Assembly: GCA_037445375.1 (NCBI GenBank) | Contig: JBBIKS010000006.1 | Coordinates: 19,237 to 83,236 of the forward strand | Reading direction: 5' to 3' | DNA length: 64,000 nt | Origin: Nitrospirota bacterium | Lineage (GTDB): Bacteria; Nitrospirota; Thermodesulfovibrionia; Thermodesulfovibrionales; Dissulfurispiraceae | Shown here: positions 20,070 to 31,349 of the stretch, one piece after another | Numbering within the stretch: the first letter of the stretch is position 1 | How the letters are laid out: each line of letters starts with the position of its first letter | Position numbers and translations under genes: made by a program | Notes under the pieces: model-generated | The model's input: only the letters and a program-made list of their open reading frames with translations | Databases searched by the model: none | What the model was told of the DNA's origin: nothing

Positions 20070-20230
20070 GTGAACCTCCCCGCAGCAAGCTGCGAGGTAT
20101 CCTAAAATCACCCCTCCCTTGATGGGAGGGGACAAAGGGGAGGATGAAAATAGTTTCTTGTCACCACCACCCTCGCCCTCCCCCATCAAGGGGGAGGGAA
20201 TTATAAGGAAACCCTGTGGCAAGCTACAGG
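20070..20230. repeat. Dispersed repeat family B (GTGAACCTCCCCGCAGC..GCTGCG.GGTATCCTAAAATC...ATCAAGGGGGAGGGA..TATAAGGAAACCCT)
   Basis: Near-identical ends to the copy at 63906-64000. This copy carries an internal duplication of the CCCCTCCC/GGGAGGGG hairpin. Confidence 0.7.
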
Positions 20231-20380
20231 GAATTAGAGTTAAAAAATTAAAAAAGAAGAAAAGTTTAATATAATTAAGTATAATACTATTAATGTGAGG
20301 CTTATTGAACATGATATCTTAGTTTTATTTTGGCATGAAGGCTTGGAATAAGGCCAATATGAGAAATATTTTACAAACAA

Positions 20381-22039
20381 ATGCAAGATAACAAAGAACA
20401 AATTAAAATTTTGATAGTTGATGATGACAAGTATATAAGAGATTTTCTCTCCATACTTCTTTCAGGCTCGGGATATTTTTGCTATATCGCATCAGACGGC
20501 AGAGAAGCCTTAAATAAAGTTCAAGCAATAAATCCAGATATTATTTTTCTTGACCTGTTCATGCTGGGAATGCATGGATTAGAGGTTTGTAAAAAAGTGA
20601 AAAAAAACCCTGAAACATCTCAAATCCCTATAATAATAATTACGGCATCTGTTGATTATGAATTAAAAATAAAATGCCTCGAAGCTGGAGCATCTGACTA
20701 TATTACAAAACCACTTAATCCTTTAGAGATTAGGGCAAAAACTCAAAATTTCCTGCATATCAAAAAATATCATGAAATAAATGTTAAAAACCTGCTTCTT
20801 CAGCAAACATTAACAATGATTGAAAGGGCAAAAAAAGAATGGGAGTCAATGGTAGATTCCATAAACGATATTATAATTTTGGTTGACCATGAAGACACTA
20901 TTATTAGGACAAATAAGAGATTATCCGAAACTACTCAACTTGATTTTAGAGATCTATTAGGCAGAAAGTGGCAAGATGTGCTTAAGGAAAGCGGTTTTAC
21001 TAACAAAGTTCTCGGTTCCGGAGATATTGAGTTTTTTCATCCGAAAGGGAGATATTTTAATTATAATATTTACTATATCAATAATTTCAGAAATACTAAC
21101 CAGTCTGCTGCTACTATTATCCTTCAGGACATTACGGGCATAAAAAAGCTGACAATCCAATTAGAAGAAAGCAGTCAGATGATAGAAATAAAGCATCAGG
21201 AGCTTGAAAAAACATATTTGGAGCTAAAGTCTGCACAGTCACAGATACTACAGCAGGAGAAGATGGCGTCAATAGGGCAGCTTGCAGCTGGCGTTGCGCA
21301 TGAGATAAATAATCCCACAGGTTTTATAATGAGCAATCTTAATACCTTGCTGAAATATTCGGACAGGATAAAGGATTTTGTATCAAGCCAGACAGAAGCT
21401 CTGGATTTAATCTCTAAGGGCGTCTCTTCGAACAAAGAGATTTTAGAGAGACTTAAAGAAAAAAGAAAGACAACAAAGTACGACCATATAATAGAAGACA
21501 TAGGCAGTTTGGTCGCTGAATCCATTGATGGTGCTGAGAGGATAAAGAGGATAGTTCAGGATTTAAAAAGCTTCTCCAGAGTTGATGAGGCTGAATATAA
21601 GTTAGCTGATTTAAATCAAGGGATTGAGAGCACAATAAATATCCTATGGAATGAGCTTAAATATAAGGCTGTAATTAAAAAGGAATATGGTGATATTCCA
21701 AAAACCAAGTGCAATCTTGGACAATTGAATCAGGTATTTATGAATATATTAATTAACGCTGTTCAGGCTATTGAAAAACACGGAGAGATTGCGATCAAGA
21801 CATGGAATGAGGCGGATACAATTTATATTTCTATTTCTGATACTGGAAGCGGGATACCTGAAGACAAAATAAGCAGGATTTTTGAGCCATTTTATACAAC
21901 TAAGCCAGTTGGGGAGGGGACAGGGCTTGGACTGAGCATAACTTATGACATTGTCCGCAAACATAACGGTGATATCAAGGTAAAAAGCGCATTAGGGGTT
22001 GGGACGACATTTATGATTAATATTCCGGTTATAAGCTAA
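20381..22039 (+). CDS. Response-regulator/histidine kinase hybrid (REC-PAS-HisKA-HATPase)
   Basis: N-terminal receiver (ILIVDDD), H-box GVAHEINNPTGFI, GTGLGLS. Confidence 0.85.
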   Translation: MQDNKEQIKILIVDDDKYIRDFLSILLSGSGYFCYIASDGREALNKVQAINPDIIFLDLFMLGMHGLEVCKKVKKNPETSQIPIIIITASVDYELKIKCLEAGASDYITKPLNPLEIRAKTQNFLHIKKYHEINVKNLLLQQTLTMIERAKKEWESMVDSINDIIILVDHEDTIIRTNKRLSETTQLDFRDLLGRKWQDVLKESGFTNKVLGSGDIEFFHPKGRYFNYNIYYINNFRNTNQSAATIILQDITGIKKLTIQLEESSQMIEIKHQELEKTYLELKSAQSQILQQEKMASIGQLAAGVAHEINNPTGFIMSNLNTLLKYSDRIKDFVSSQTEALDLISKGVSSNKEILERLKEKRKTTKYDHIIEDIGSLVAESIDGAERIKRIVQDLKSFSRVDEAEYKLADLNQGIESTINILWNELKYKAVIKKEYGDIPKTKCNLGQLNQVFMNILINAVQAIEKHGEIAIKTWNEADTIYISISDTGSGIPEDKISRIFEPFYTTKPVGEGTGLGLSITYDIVRKHNGDIKVKSALGVGTTFMINIPVIS

Positions 22040-22047
22040 GAAGGTAA

Positions 22048-22152
22048 TTTTGTCGAATGACAGGCGGGAAGCCTGTCATTCGGAGCATCATTAATCACCT
22101 TTTGGTAGGACAGCCGTCCCGGCTGTCGTGGGTGTGCGGGCAAAATAGCTCA
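22048..22152 (+). repeat. Dispersed repeat family C (two perfect hairpins)
   Basis: AATGACAGGC-GGGAA-GCCTGTCATT and GACAGCCG-TCC-CGGCTGTC. About 75-80% identical by eye to the inverted copy at 32219-32322. Confidence 0.7.
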
Positions 22153-22174
22153 AATTAGGTAAGAGGTAAATTCG

Positions 22175-22984
22175 ATGGAAGAGATAAAAATACTTTTTGT
22201 TGATGATGAAGAATTCGTATTGAGAGCTTTAAAAAGGCTCTTTATGGATGACGATTATACGATACTGACTGCATTATCAGGCGAAGAAGGGCTTGAAACT
22301 ATTAAGAAAGAAGAACCCCAAGTCATTGTTTCTGATTATCGGATGCCCGGCATGAATGGGATTGAATTTTTGAGAAAGGCATACATACGAAAACCTGATG
22401 CTGTAAGGATTGTATTGTCCGGATATGCTGACACGGCTATTGTAGTTGAGGCTATTAATGAAGGCCAAATTTACAAACTCATCCCAAAACCATGGAATGA
22501 TGATGAACTTAAGATCTCAATATCCAACTCAGTTGACAGGTATATGCTCTATAAAAGAAACATCGAACTTACTCATGAATTGGTCGATAAGAACGAAGAA
22601 CTGATAAGGGTAAATGAGGAATTAAAAAAGTTAATAAAGGAAAAATCCGAACTTCTTAATTTTAAAAGCAAAATGCTCTCAAACTTTCAAAACATTATCA
22701 ATGCAGTTCCTGTGGGTATCATGGGAGTGGGTATTGACGGTGTAATGGTTCAGTGCAATGAGGCGTGGCTTAATATATCTGGCATCGGGTGGGGCAATCT
22801 TGGAGACAATATTGACTCCTTTTTGCCTGTGAACGTTATCAATTTTATAGAAAATGTTAAGGATAATCTCGAATCTGAACAGCACACAATAATAAACGGC
22901 TTGCATGGGAAATTAATTAGCACACTGATTAAGGATGAGACTGAACAGCAGCGAGGAATTATATTGACATTTATACATATCTAA
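22175..22984 (+). CDS. Response regulator (REC plus coiled coil plus PAS-like output)
   Basis: ILFVDDEE...KPWNDDEL receiver; C-terminal PAS-like AVPVGIMGVGIDG. Confidence 0.75.
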   Translation: MEEIKILFVDDEEFVLRALKRLFMDDDYTILTALSGEEGLETIKKEEPQVIVSDYRMPGMNGIEFLRKAYIRKPDAVRIVLSGYADTAIVVEAINEGQIYKLIPKPWNDDELKISISNSVDRYMLYKRNIELTHELVDKNEELIRVNEELKKLIKEKSELLNFKSKMLSNFQNIINAVPVGIMGVGIDGVMVQCNEAWLNISGIGWGNLGDNIDSFLPVNVINFIENVKDNLESEQHTIINGLHGKLISTLIKDETEQQRGIILTFIHI

Positions 22985-23001
22985 CAAAGGCAAACTAATA
23001 T

Positions 23002-23090
23002 AGTGTCTGTTTATAAAGTCAAAAATCGCCCCCTCCCTTGAGATGAAGGGTTTGGGAGTGTGCTGAAATCGGCATTTATTTAAATAATCT
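23002..23090. repeat. Partial copy of the TIR-family element
   Basis: AGTGTCTGTTTATAAAGTC left end matches 33112-33130. The right end is degenerate. Confidence 0.45.
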
Positions 23091-23131
23091 CAATGCAGTA
23101 GAAACTCGTAACTAACTAATGGTAAATTCTT

Positions 23132-24424
23132 ATGCAAGAAACCTTTAATGTTCTCTTTGTGGATGACGAGGAAAATATCCTTAAGGCTTTGAAACGATTA
23201 TTCATTGATGAAAAAATCGAGGTTTTCACAGCCTTGTCCGGCAAAGAAGGCCTTGAAATCATTGCTAATAATGAATTTGCATTAATTGTATCGGATCAGC
23301 GAATGCCTGAGATGACCGGAACCGAATTTCTTCTGAAAGCCAAAGAACAAAGCCAAGACACTATTAGAATCATCCTGACAGGTTATGCTGATGTTAATGC
23401 GGCTATCAATGCCATAAATGAAGCTGGTGCATATAGATATATCACAAAACCATGGAATGATAGGGAAATCGTGCATATAGTAAAAGAAGCGGTTGGCAGA
23501 TACAAGCTATTAAAAGAGAATATATATCTGACCGAACTGACAAGGAAACAGAAAGAAGAATTGCATACATGGAGCAAGGAGCTCGAACATTATGTGCAAG
23601 TCCATACAATAGATTTAACCAAGAAGGACAAAGAAATCAAGATATTAAATGAAAGGCTTCAAAAACATTTTAAGGAGTTAATGTCTGGTTTTTTAAATTT
23701 AATTGGACTTAGGGGAAAAGACATTCGTAGTCACTCTGAAAAAGTGGCATTTATCTCAGGAGAGATGGCAAAAAAAATACCGTTGAGCGAACCAGAAATT
23801 AGAACAATAACAACAGCAGGGCATTTGCATGATATCGGCAAGATGCACATCTCAGATGTTGTACTTTTTAAAGAACCAGAGGAACTCTCTGCGGATGAAA
23901 TGGATCAATATATGAAGCATCCGATAAGTGGTCAATTGGCTCTTAGCCCGATCGAAGAGCTGCATGGTGCCGGCTTGCTCATAAGACATCATCACGAAAA
24001 TTATGATGGAAGCGGCTTTCCTGATAAGCTAAGGGGAGAAAAGATGCCGATTGGCTCAAGGCTTATATCATTAGCCGATAAATTTGAAAAGCTTACGAGG
24101 CGAGGTGATGCAGAGGATTCACTAAAGAAAATAAAGTCAATGCTCGGTAAAGAGTTTGATCCTGAATTATTCAATTTTCTAGAGACAGTAGCGTATGAAC
24201 AAAAATCTGCCCTCTTTTCTTCGGATGATATTATAGAGGCTGAACTATCCCCGAAAGATTTGGCACCAGGCTTAATTTTATCAAGGGATGTTATGGGAGG
24301 CTCTGGTCTCATTATAATAAAAAAAGATACTGTGCTTACAGAGAAAAATATTGAACTTTTGCAAAGAAGCTTTTCGATGGATGCCTCAAAGAGCGGTATA
24401 TTTGTTTATAAAAAAAGAAAATAG
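23132..24424 (+). CDS. REC/HD-GYP response regulator (RpfG-like c-di-GMP phosphodiesterase)
   Basis: Receiver domain plus HLHDIGK...HHHENYDGSGFPDKL. Confidence 0.85.
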   Translation: MQETFNVLFVDDEENILKALKRLFIDEKIEVFTALSGKEGLEIIANNEFALIVSDQRMPEMTGTEFLLKAKEQSQDTIRIILTGYADVNAAINAINEAGAYRYITKPWNDREIVHIVKEAVGRYKLLKENIYLTELTRKQKEELHTWSKELEHYVQVHTIDLTKKDKEIKILNERLQKHFKELMSGFLNLIGLRGKDIRSHSEKVAFISGEMAKKIPLSEPEIRTITTAGHLHDIGKMHISDVVLFKEPEELSADEMDQYMKHPISGQLALSPIEELHGAGLLIRHHHENYDGSGFPDKLRGEKMPIGSRLISLADKFEKLTRRGDAEDSLKKIKSMLGKEFDPELFNFLETVAYEQKSALFSSDDIIEAELSPKDLAPGLILSRDVMGGSGLIIIKKDTVLTEKNIELLQRSFSMDASKSGIFVYKKRK

Positions 24425-24579
24425 TATTAAATTGAGCGAGACTAATCATGACAAAGGCAATATTGCATCCAAAAGCATCACAAATGCAGTGCTTCAATAA
24501 ATAATGCCATTGTGATAATGAATGTCTGAGTTTGAAAGACATTAGGAAATCTTTTAGGCAAGAAGGGCTAATCTATCAG

Positions 24580-25218
24580 ATGAAGATTTGTGAGATATTT
24601 GCGAGCATTCAGGGTGAATCATCATATGCTGGATTGCCTTGTATATTTGTTAGAATGACTGGCTGCAACCTTAGATGTGTATATTGTGATACTGCTTATG
24701 CCTATGATGAAGGTGTTGAGATGTCTGAGGACGAGGTATTTGAGAAAGTCAAAGCATATGGAATAAATCTTCTCGAAATTACGGGCGGTGAACCACTTCT
24801 TCAATCAGAATATGTCATGCCGCTCATTGATAGATTCATTGAAAACGGTTTTAAGGTTTTGATAGAGACAAACGGAAGCTTTAGCATAAGGGACATTAAC
24901 CAAAGTGCTGTTATTATAATGGATATAAAAACACCCCTAAGCGGGATGCATGAAAAAATGTTCACGGCTAATTTCGATTATCTAAAGATTGATGATGAAA
25001 TTAAATTTGTCATTCTAAACAGAAGTGATTATGAATGGACTAAAGAGATTATTTTTTCTCATAATTTGCAGAATAAATGTAAGATTCTTTTATCCCCCTC
25101 ATACGATGTTTTATCCCCAGAGATATTATCTAAATGGATAATTGCGGATGAGTTGCCTGTAAGGCTTAATCTCCAGCTCCATAAATATATTTTCACCAGC
25201 GAAAGAAGGGCTATTTGA
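24580..25218 (+). CDS. queE: 7-carboxy-7-deazaguanine synthase (radical SAM)
   Basis: MKICEIFASIQGES..., radical-SAM cysteine motif CNLRCVYCDT. Start set at the conserved MKI. Confidence 0.85.
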   Translation: MKICEIFASIQGESSYAGLPCIFVRMTGCNLRCVYCDTAYAYDEGVEMSEDEVFEKVKAYGINLLEITGGEPLLQSEYVMPLIDRFIENGFKVLIETNGSFSIRDINQSAVIIMDIKTPLSGMHEKMFTANFDYLKIDDEIKFVILNRSDYEWTKEIIFSHNLQNKCKILLSPSYDVLSPEILSKWIIADELPVRLNLQLHKYIFTSERRAI

Positions 25219-25281
25219 TAAAATAATCCCCCGATATGTTTAATAAATGGTATAATTTTTATCATATTTTAGAGGGGTTAA

Positions 25282-26745
<1,464 letters not shown>

Positions 26746-26746
26746 G

Positions 26747-28288
26747 ATGTTGAATACAGAGAAGATTTTGGTTTTAGATTTTGGTTCGCAATATACACAG
26801 CTTATAGCCAGAAGGGTCAGGGAAAATAAGGTTTATTCCGAGATATATCCATTCAATGCACCTATAGATAAAATCAAGGCATTTCTGCCTAAAGGCATCA
26901 TTCTTTCGGGCGGACCTTCAAGTGTTTATGAGGATGGGGCTCCAATCCCTGATTTAAATATATTCAAACTCGGCATTCCAGTGCTGGGGATTTGTTACGG
27001 CATGCAATTAATGGCACATCTTCTGGGCGGCGAGGTTTCAAAGGCGATTAAAAGAGAATACGGCAAGGCAGAACTTGTTGTTGATGATGCTAAAGATATA
27101 TTTGCTGAAATACCTCCTCAGACAAAGGTCTGGATGAGTCATGGAGATAAAATTAATAAATTACCACGAAAATTTTCGATTATTGGACATACCAGCAACT
27201 CTCCGGTAGCCGCTATGGCAGACAGGAGTAATAGATTCTATGCTTTTCAGTTCCACCCTGAGGTTGTTCATACTGATGAAGGCTCCAAAATACTCCACAG
27301 TTTTATTTTCAATATATGCGGGTGCAAGCCAACATGGACAATGAAGTCTTTCATTGAAACTATAAAACAAGAGATTGCGGAGAAGGTCAAAGATCAAAAA
27401 GTTGTATGCGGCATTAGCGGGGGAGTTGATTCTTCAGTTACTGCAGTATTGGCGCACGAGGCTGTCGGCGATGCCCTCATATGCATCTTCGTAGATAATG
27501 GGTTGCTCAGGCATAATGAGGCTATAAAGGTAGAAGAAACCTTAAGAAAAAACTTTAACATGAACATCACATGTGTTGATGCCTCCGAAAGATTTTTAAA
27601 AAGACTCAGAGGTATCAAAGATCCCGAAAGAAAAAGAAAGATTATCGGTAATGAATTCATAAGGGTATTTGAAGAAGAGGCAAAAAAGATTAAGGGTGCA
27701 AGATTCCTTGCTCAGGGGACATTATACCCGGATGTCATCGAGAGCACATCGTTCAAAGGGCCTTCTGCGACTATCAAAAGCCATCATAATGTTGGCGGAC
27801 TTCTCAAGAAGATGAAGCTCGAACTGATTGAACCATTGCGCGAGCTTTTCAAGGATGAGGTGCGATTGCTCGGTCATGAACTCGGAATGCCTGATGAAAT
27901 TATCAATAGACATCCCTTCCCCGGTCCCGGTCTTGCGATCAGATGCATCGGAGATGTAACAAGGCAGAGAATGGATATATTAAGAAAGGCTGATGTTATT
28001 GTGCTTGAGGAAATAAAAAGATTCAGGCTTTACAATGAAATATGGCAGGCATTCGCAGTGCTCCTTCCCGTTAAAAGTGTTGGTGTAATGGGCGATGAGA
28101 GGACTTATGAAAATGTGATAGCAGTGAGAGCTGTAACAAGCCTGGATGGTATGACCGCAGACTGGGCAAAAATACCTTATGAAGCAATGGAAAGCATATC
28201 TAACAGGATAATAAATGAAGTAAAAGGTATAAATAGGGTTGTCTATGATATAACCTCAAAACCCCCCGGAACTATTGAGTGGGAATGA
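26747..28288 (+). CDS. guaA: GMP synthase (glutamine-hydrolysing)
   Basis: GATase plus SGGVDSS PP-loop. Ends ...GTIEWE followed by TGA. Confidence 0.95.
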   Translation: MLNTEKILVLDFGSQYTQLIARRVRENKVYSEIYPFNAPIDKIKAFLPKGIILSGGPSSVYEDGAPIPDLNIFKLGIPVLGICYGMQLMAHLLGGEVSKAIKREYGKAELVVDDAKDIFAEIPPQTKVWMSHGDKINKLPRKFSIIGHTSNSPVAAMADRSNRFYAFQFHPEVVHTDEGSKILHSFIFNICGCKPTWTMKSFIETIKQEIAEKVKDQKVVCGISGGVDSSVTAVLAHEAVGDALICIFVDNGLLRHNEAIKVEETLRKNFNMNITCVDASERFLKRLRGIKDPERKRKIIGNEFIRVFEEEAKKIKGARFLAQGTLYPDVIESTSFKGPSATIKSHHNVGGLLKKMKLELIEPLRELFKDEVRLLGHELGMPDEIINRHPFPGPGLAIRCIGDVTRQRMDILRKADVIVLEEIKRFRLYNEIWQAFAVLLPVKSVGVMGDERTYENVIAVRAVTSLDGMTADWAKIPYEAMESISNRIINEVKGINRVVYDITSKPPGTIEWE

Positions 28289-28304
28289 TTTTTATGGAGA
28301 ATTA

Positions 28305-28826
28305 ATGCTGTTAAATAGATATCACAAAGAGATTATTAACGCTGAGTGCAATCCCAACTTTGAATCTGTGCATTGCATTGCGCATTTAGATGAAGATATT
28401 AGCGAAGTAATACCTTACCTGAACGCTGAGTTAGGTGGGTATCAGTTCATTAGTGAGCCTATTGCGGTTACATTCAAAATCTACGGAAGGCTTATAACTG
28501 TTCATTCTAAAAAAATTGCTATCAATGCATTAAAAGATGAAGCCCAAGCTGATAAGATTATAGAGTGGCTTAAGGATAAGATTAATGAAACATGGGAAAA
28601 TAGACTTGAAATCAAACCCTTATACGAAGCTATGCCGAGGCCAAAACTTGTTGAGATTTTAAAGTTGCTCCCTAACACCAATTGCAAAGAATGCGAACAA
28701 CCCACTTGTATGGTATTTGCGCTACAGCTTGCTGAAGGCGAAAAAGCCGTTGAAGATTGCTCGCAATTATCTGCTGAAAATCGGGAAGAACTTGAAAAAT
28801 ATATCAGAAAATTTATAAAAAATTAG
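28305..28826 (+). CDS. Hypothetical protein with a C-terminal Fe-S cluster domain (same type as 18736..19509)
   Basis: C-terminal NCKECEQPTCMVFALQL...DCS. The ORF could start at 28275, overlapping guaA. Confidence 0.5.
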   Translation: MLLNRYHKEIINAECNPNFESVHCIAHLDEDISEVIPYLNAELGGYQFISEPIAVTFKIYGRLITVHSKKIAINALKDEAQADKIIEWLKDKINETWENRLEIKPLYEAMPRPKLVEILKLLPNTNCKECEQPTCMVFALQLAEGEKAVEDCSQLSAENREELEKYIRKFIKN

Positions 28827-28871
28827 GATTATGCAAAGATATTATATGTTATAATAGACCTTCTCTAAAAA

Positions 28872-28945
28872 GCCCCCTTAGCTCAGTAGGATAGAGCACA
28901 GGTTTCCTAAACCTGGTGCCGCAGGTTCGATTCCTGCAGGGGGTA
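28872..28945 (+). tRNA. tRNA-Arg (anticodon CCU)
   Basis: Hand-folded cloverleaf: acceptor GCCCCCT/AGGGGGT, D arm GCTC..GAGC, anticodon arm CAGGT-TTCCTAA-ACCTG, T arm GCAGG-TTCGATT-CCTGC. Followed by a T-run. Confidence 0.9.
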
Positions 28946-28961
28946 TTTTTTCCTTCGTTGA

Positions 28962-30170
28962 TTAGATTTGTTCTAATGCCTGCTGCAGGTCGGCTATAAG
29001 GTCATCAGTGTCTTCTAAGCCGAGAGCAAGCCGGACGAGATTGTCTGTCATGCCTATTGAATGACGATACTCGGCAGGATAATCAAAGAAAGACATTGTA
29101 GCCATTTGGGTTACAAGGCTTTCGGTACCGCCAAGACTTGGGGTAATAATAAAAAGCTCCAGAGAGTCTATGAACTTACAGGTCTCAGCGTCCCCGCCTT
29201 TAACCAAAAAAGTGATAACACTCCCAAAACCGCTCATCTGCTTCACTGCAATTTGATGGTCAGAATGTGAATTAAGTCCAGGATACCATACCTTTTCTAT
29301 TTTTGGATGCGATTCGAGCATTTGGGCTATTTTTAAACCGGCTTTGTTGTGATGCTCCATCCGAAGCGCAAAGGTTTTTAGCCCTCTTTCAAGCAAAAAG
29401 CAGCTAAAAGGATCGGCGATAGAACCAACCATGCGCTGCATACGATAGAGGTTATTCAAAAGGTCAGATTTGCCTAAAGTAACACCGGCCAAGAGGTCGT
29501 TATGCCCGCCAAGATACTTAGTTGCCGAATGAATTACTATATCAATGCCAAACTCAAGGGGTTTAATATTATAAGGTGTTGCCATAGTGGCATCAATAAT
29601 AGTTAGCAGATTATGTTTTTTTGCAATTTCAACAATTAAACTTAGTTCAATTACCCTAAGATAAGGGTTGGTAGGCAATTCTGTGAATATAATATTGGTA
29701 TTAGGTTTAATTTCTTTAGTTATAGCCTCAACAGTGGGATCTACAATTGAATATTCAAGACCAAACTTTGGTAGAAAGTTTGTAGCAAAATCCCTTGTCT
29801 GGCGGTAACAATCATTAGTGAAGATAATGTGCCCGCCTCTGTTCATATATGTCATCAAGGTTAAAATTACAGCGCTCATTCCAGTTGAGAACAGTATTGC
29901 CCTCTCAGCACCCTCTATTGCTGCAAGCTTGCGTTCACACTCTTTCTGAGTCGGGTTGCCGTATCGTCCGTACTCGTGATCTCTAAGTATGCGGCATTCT
30001 CCCTTCGCCTTCATAAATTCCACAACATCTGTTGTTGTATCAAAATAGTAGTTGGATGTCTGAACAATAGGTGTTGTGACAGCATGATATGCTTTTGGCT
30101 TATGGCCGTCACCATGAATTGCAAGTGTGGCAGGCTTCCAGTTTTTAGCCTGTGATGACTTTTTAGGCAT
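28962..30170 (-). CDS. Cys/Met-metabolism PLP enzyme (cystathionine gamma-synthase/lyase or sulfhydrylase type)
   Basis: PLP-lysine motif HSATKYLGGHNDLLAG, 402 aa. Confidence 0.8.
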   Translation of the reverse strand: MPKKSSQAKNWKPATLAIHGDGHKPKAYHAVTTPIVQTSNYYFDTTTDVVEFMKAKGECRILRDHEYGRYGNPTQKECERKLAAIEGAERAILFSTGMSAVILTLMTYMNRGGHIIFTNDCYRQTRDFATNFLPKFGLEYSIVDPTVEAITKEIKPNTNIIFTELPTNPYLRVIELSLIVEIAKKHNLLTIIDATMATPYNIKPLEFGIDIVIHSATKYLGGHNDLLAGVTLGKSDLLNNLYRMQRMVGSIADPFSCFLLERGLKTFALRMEHHNKAGLKIAQMLESHPKIEKVWYPGLNSHSDHQIAVKQMSGFGSVITFLVKGGDAETCKFIDSLELFIITPSLGGTESLVTQMATMSFFDYPAEYRHSIGMTDNLVRLALGLEDTDDLIADLQQALEQI

Positions 30171-30729
30171 CAGTTGTCCTCCTCTATAACAAAACTTTCA
30201 GAAGTGTTTCCATAATCTAATATGGTGATATAAAAAGAGGCAGTCAAGCTGCAAGGCAACAAAATAGCAACTTCTCTACTATTGGACATAGAATTAAGAA
30301 CAGTTCAAATGAAAAATGACCGCTCTTGAGATTACCATAAAAGCCTTTGTATTATCAATCATTTCAACCTTGTCTAAGAGTGCCGAGAAAAAGCTCTGGA
30401 ATTATGAAATGTGAATGTCTTTCTTTGTTGGAAGTATTTTTTTAAAACGATATTTTAACGCTAAAACTGTTAAGATATCAGGCAAGGCCTTCTTTTTCTT
30501 AAATGTAAAATTGAGAAATCAAGCCCTTTGCCTGTTCATTGCCGTTCCAAGATAGACGATGCTGTTTAAGAAGGAGATGGATGTGAAATGTATAGTTTAG
30601 GTTTGATCACAAGACACTTCCCTCTCGAGTTAGACCTGTTTGCTGTTTTTTTTTACTTAACTCATGATGGATGTCGATTCTATTTCTGACAATTGACAAA
30701 AGACAACTAATTTCAAGATAATTGATTTA

Positions 30730-30824
30730 ATGCCAACTGTTAGAAATATTTCAGGGCTATATCGTTTTTCTTTTACGGCTTTGATTGTAATGAGCTTATG
30801 CATGTTCATATTCAGAGAGAAAAG
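30730..30824 (+). pseudogene. Possible DUF4160-like gene fragment (frameshifted)
   Basis: MPTVRNISGLYRFSF, then a frameshift, then YGFDCNELMHVHIQREK. This resembles the MPTV..YRF.FY..D..EP.HVH..RE N-terminus as I recall it. Confidence 0.3.
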
Positions 30825-30866
30825 ATGAATGGCAAAACACTGGCATGCAAGGCAACATGGATAGCG

Positions 30867-31128
30867 GAAGCAACGAGAGGATATTAATTCATCAATATGA
30901 AATTGACGAAAAGGGAAGTGTTCAGAAATGTGTGATTGTTCCTCCTACATCACAGAATTTGTTTCATATCGAAAAGACTATTTATCAGTTTGTTCAGGCT
31001 AATATTGATAGAGCGGGGATTATCTGAAAAGGGAATGTGAGAAGATAATAAGAAGCTATGACCCTTGCATATCGTGCGCCACGCATATAGTTTATTTTAT
31101 AGGTAAATATCATAAGTGTCCAAAATAA
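30867..31128 (+). pseudogene. Remnant of a [NiFe]-hydrogenase large-subunit C-terminus (at least 2 frameshifts)
   Basis: Three frames read EATRG / ILIHQYEIDEKGSVQKCVIVPPTSQNLFHIE... / ...KIIRSYDPCISCATH. The last contains the DPCxxCxxH Ni-binding motif. Confidence 0.6.
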
Positions 31129-31349
31129 TATTTAAGTTTAGATATGAAGCGATTTCTTCGCCAAAGAACTACCTTTGAATGTGTGCAAAAGTTTGACAGA
31201 CGACCTATTGGTTTCACAAATAAATACTGAGGCTTCCGCATCGTCTTCAGCCTCATTGAGTTACCCATGGCTTTGGCTTGAGAAATCGCTTCATATCGCC
31301 TGCATTTGGATATATCTAATAATTTTTTTGACAAATATTAAGGTAATAT

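Noticed and set aside
20058-20312. 84-aa ORF (and the similar ORFs 948..1172, 37107..37337, 9247..9496 and 15762..15947)
   Set aside because: They are composed of dispersed-repeat or hairpin DNA or lie in AT-rich spacers. None has an SD or a recognisable fold. I treat them as non-coding.
24425-24579. preQ1 riboswitch upstream of queE
   Set aside because: No preQ1-I/II-like hairpin or A-rich tail motif was seen.
30171-30420. SAM riboswitch upstream of the Cys/Met PLP gene
   Set aside because: The minus strand has AATCTCAAGAGCGG, vaguely like the start of SAM-I, but no GAGGGA, GCAACC or GGTGC.AA.TCC core. I could not match other SAM classes either.
30840-30856. Sigma-54 -24/-12 promoter (TGGCATgcaagGCAAC)
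   Set aside because: The -12 element lacks the TTGC consensus, and the site lies inside the pseudogene region with no downstream gene.
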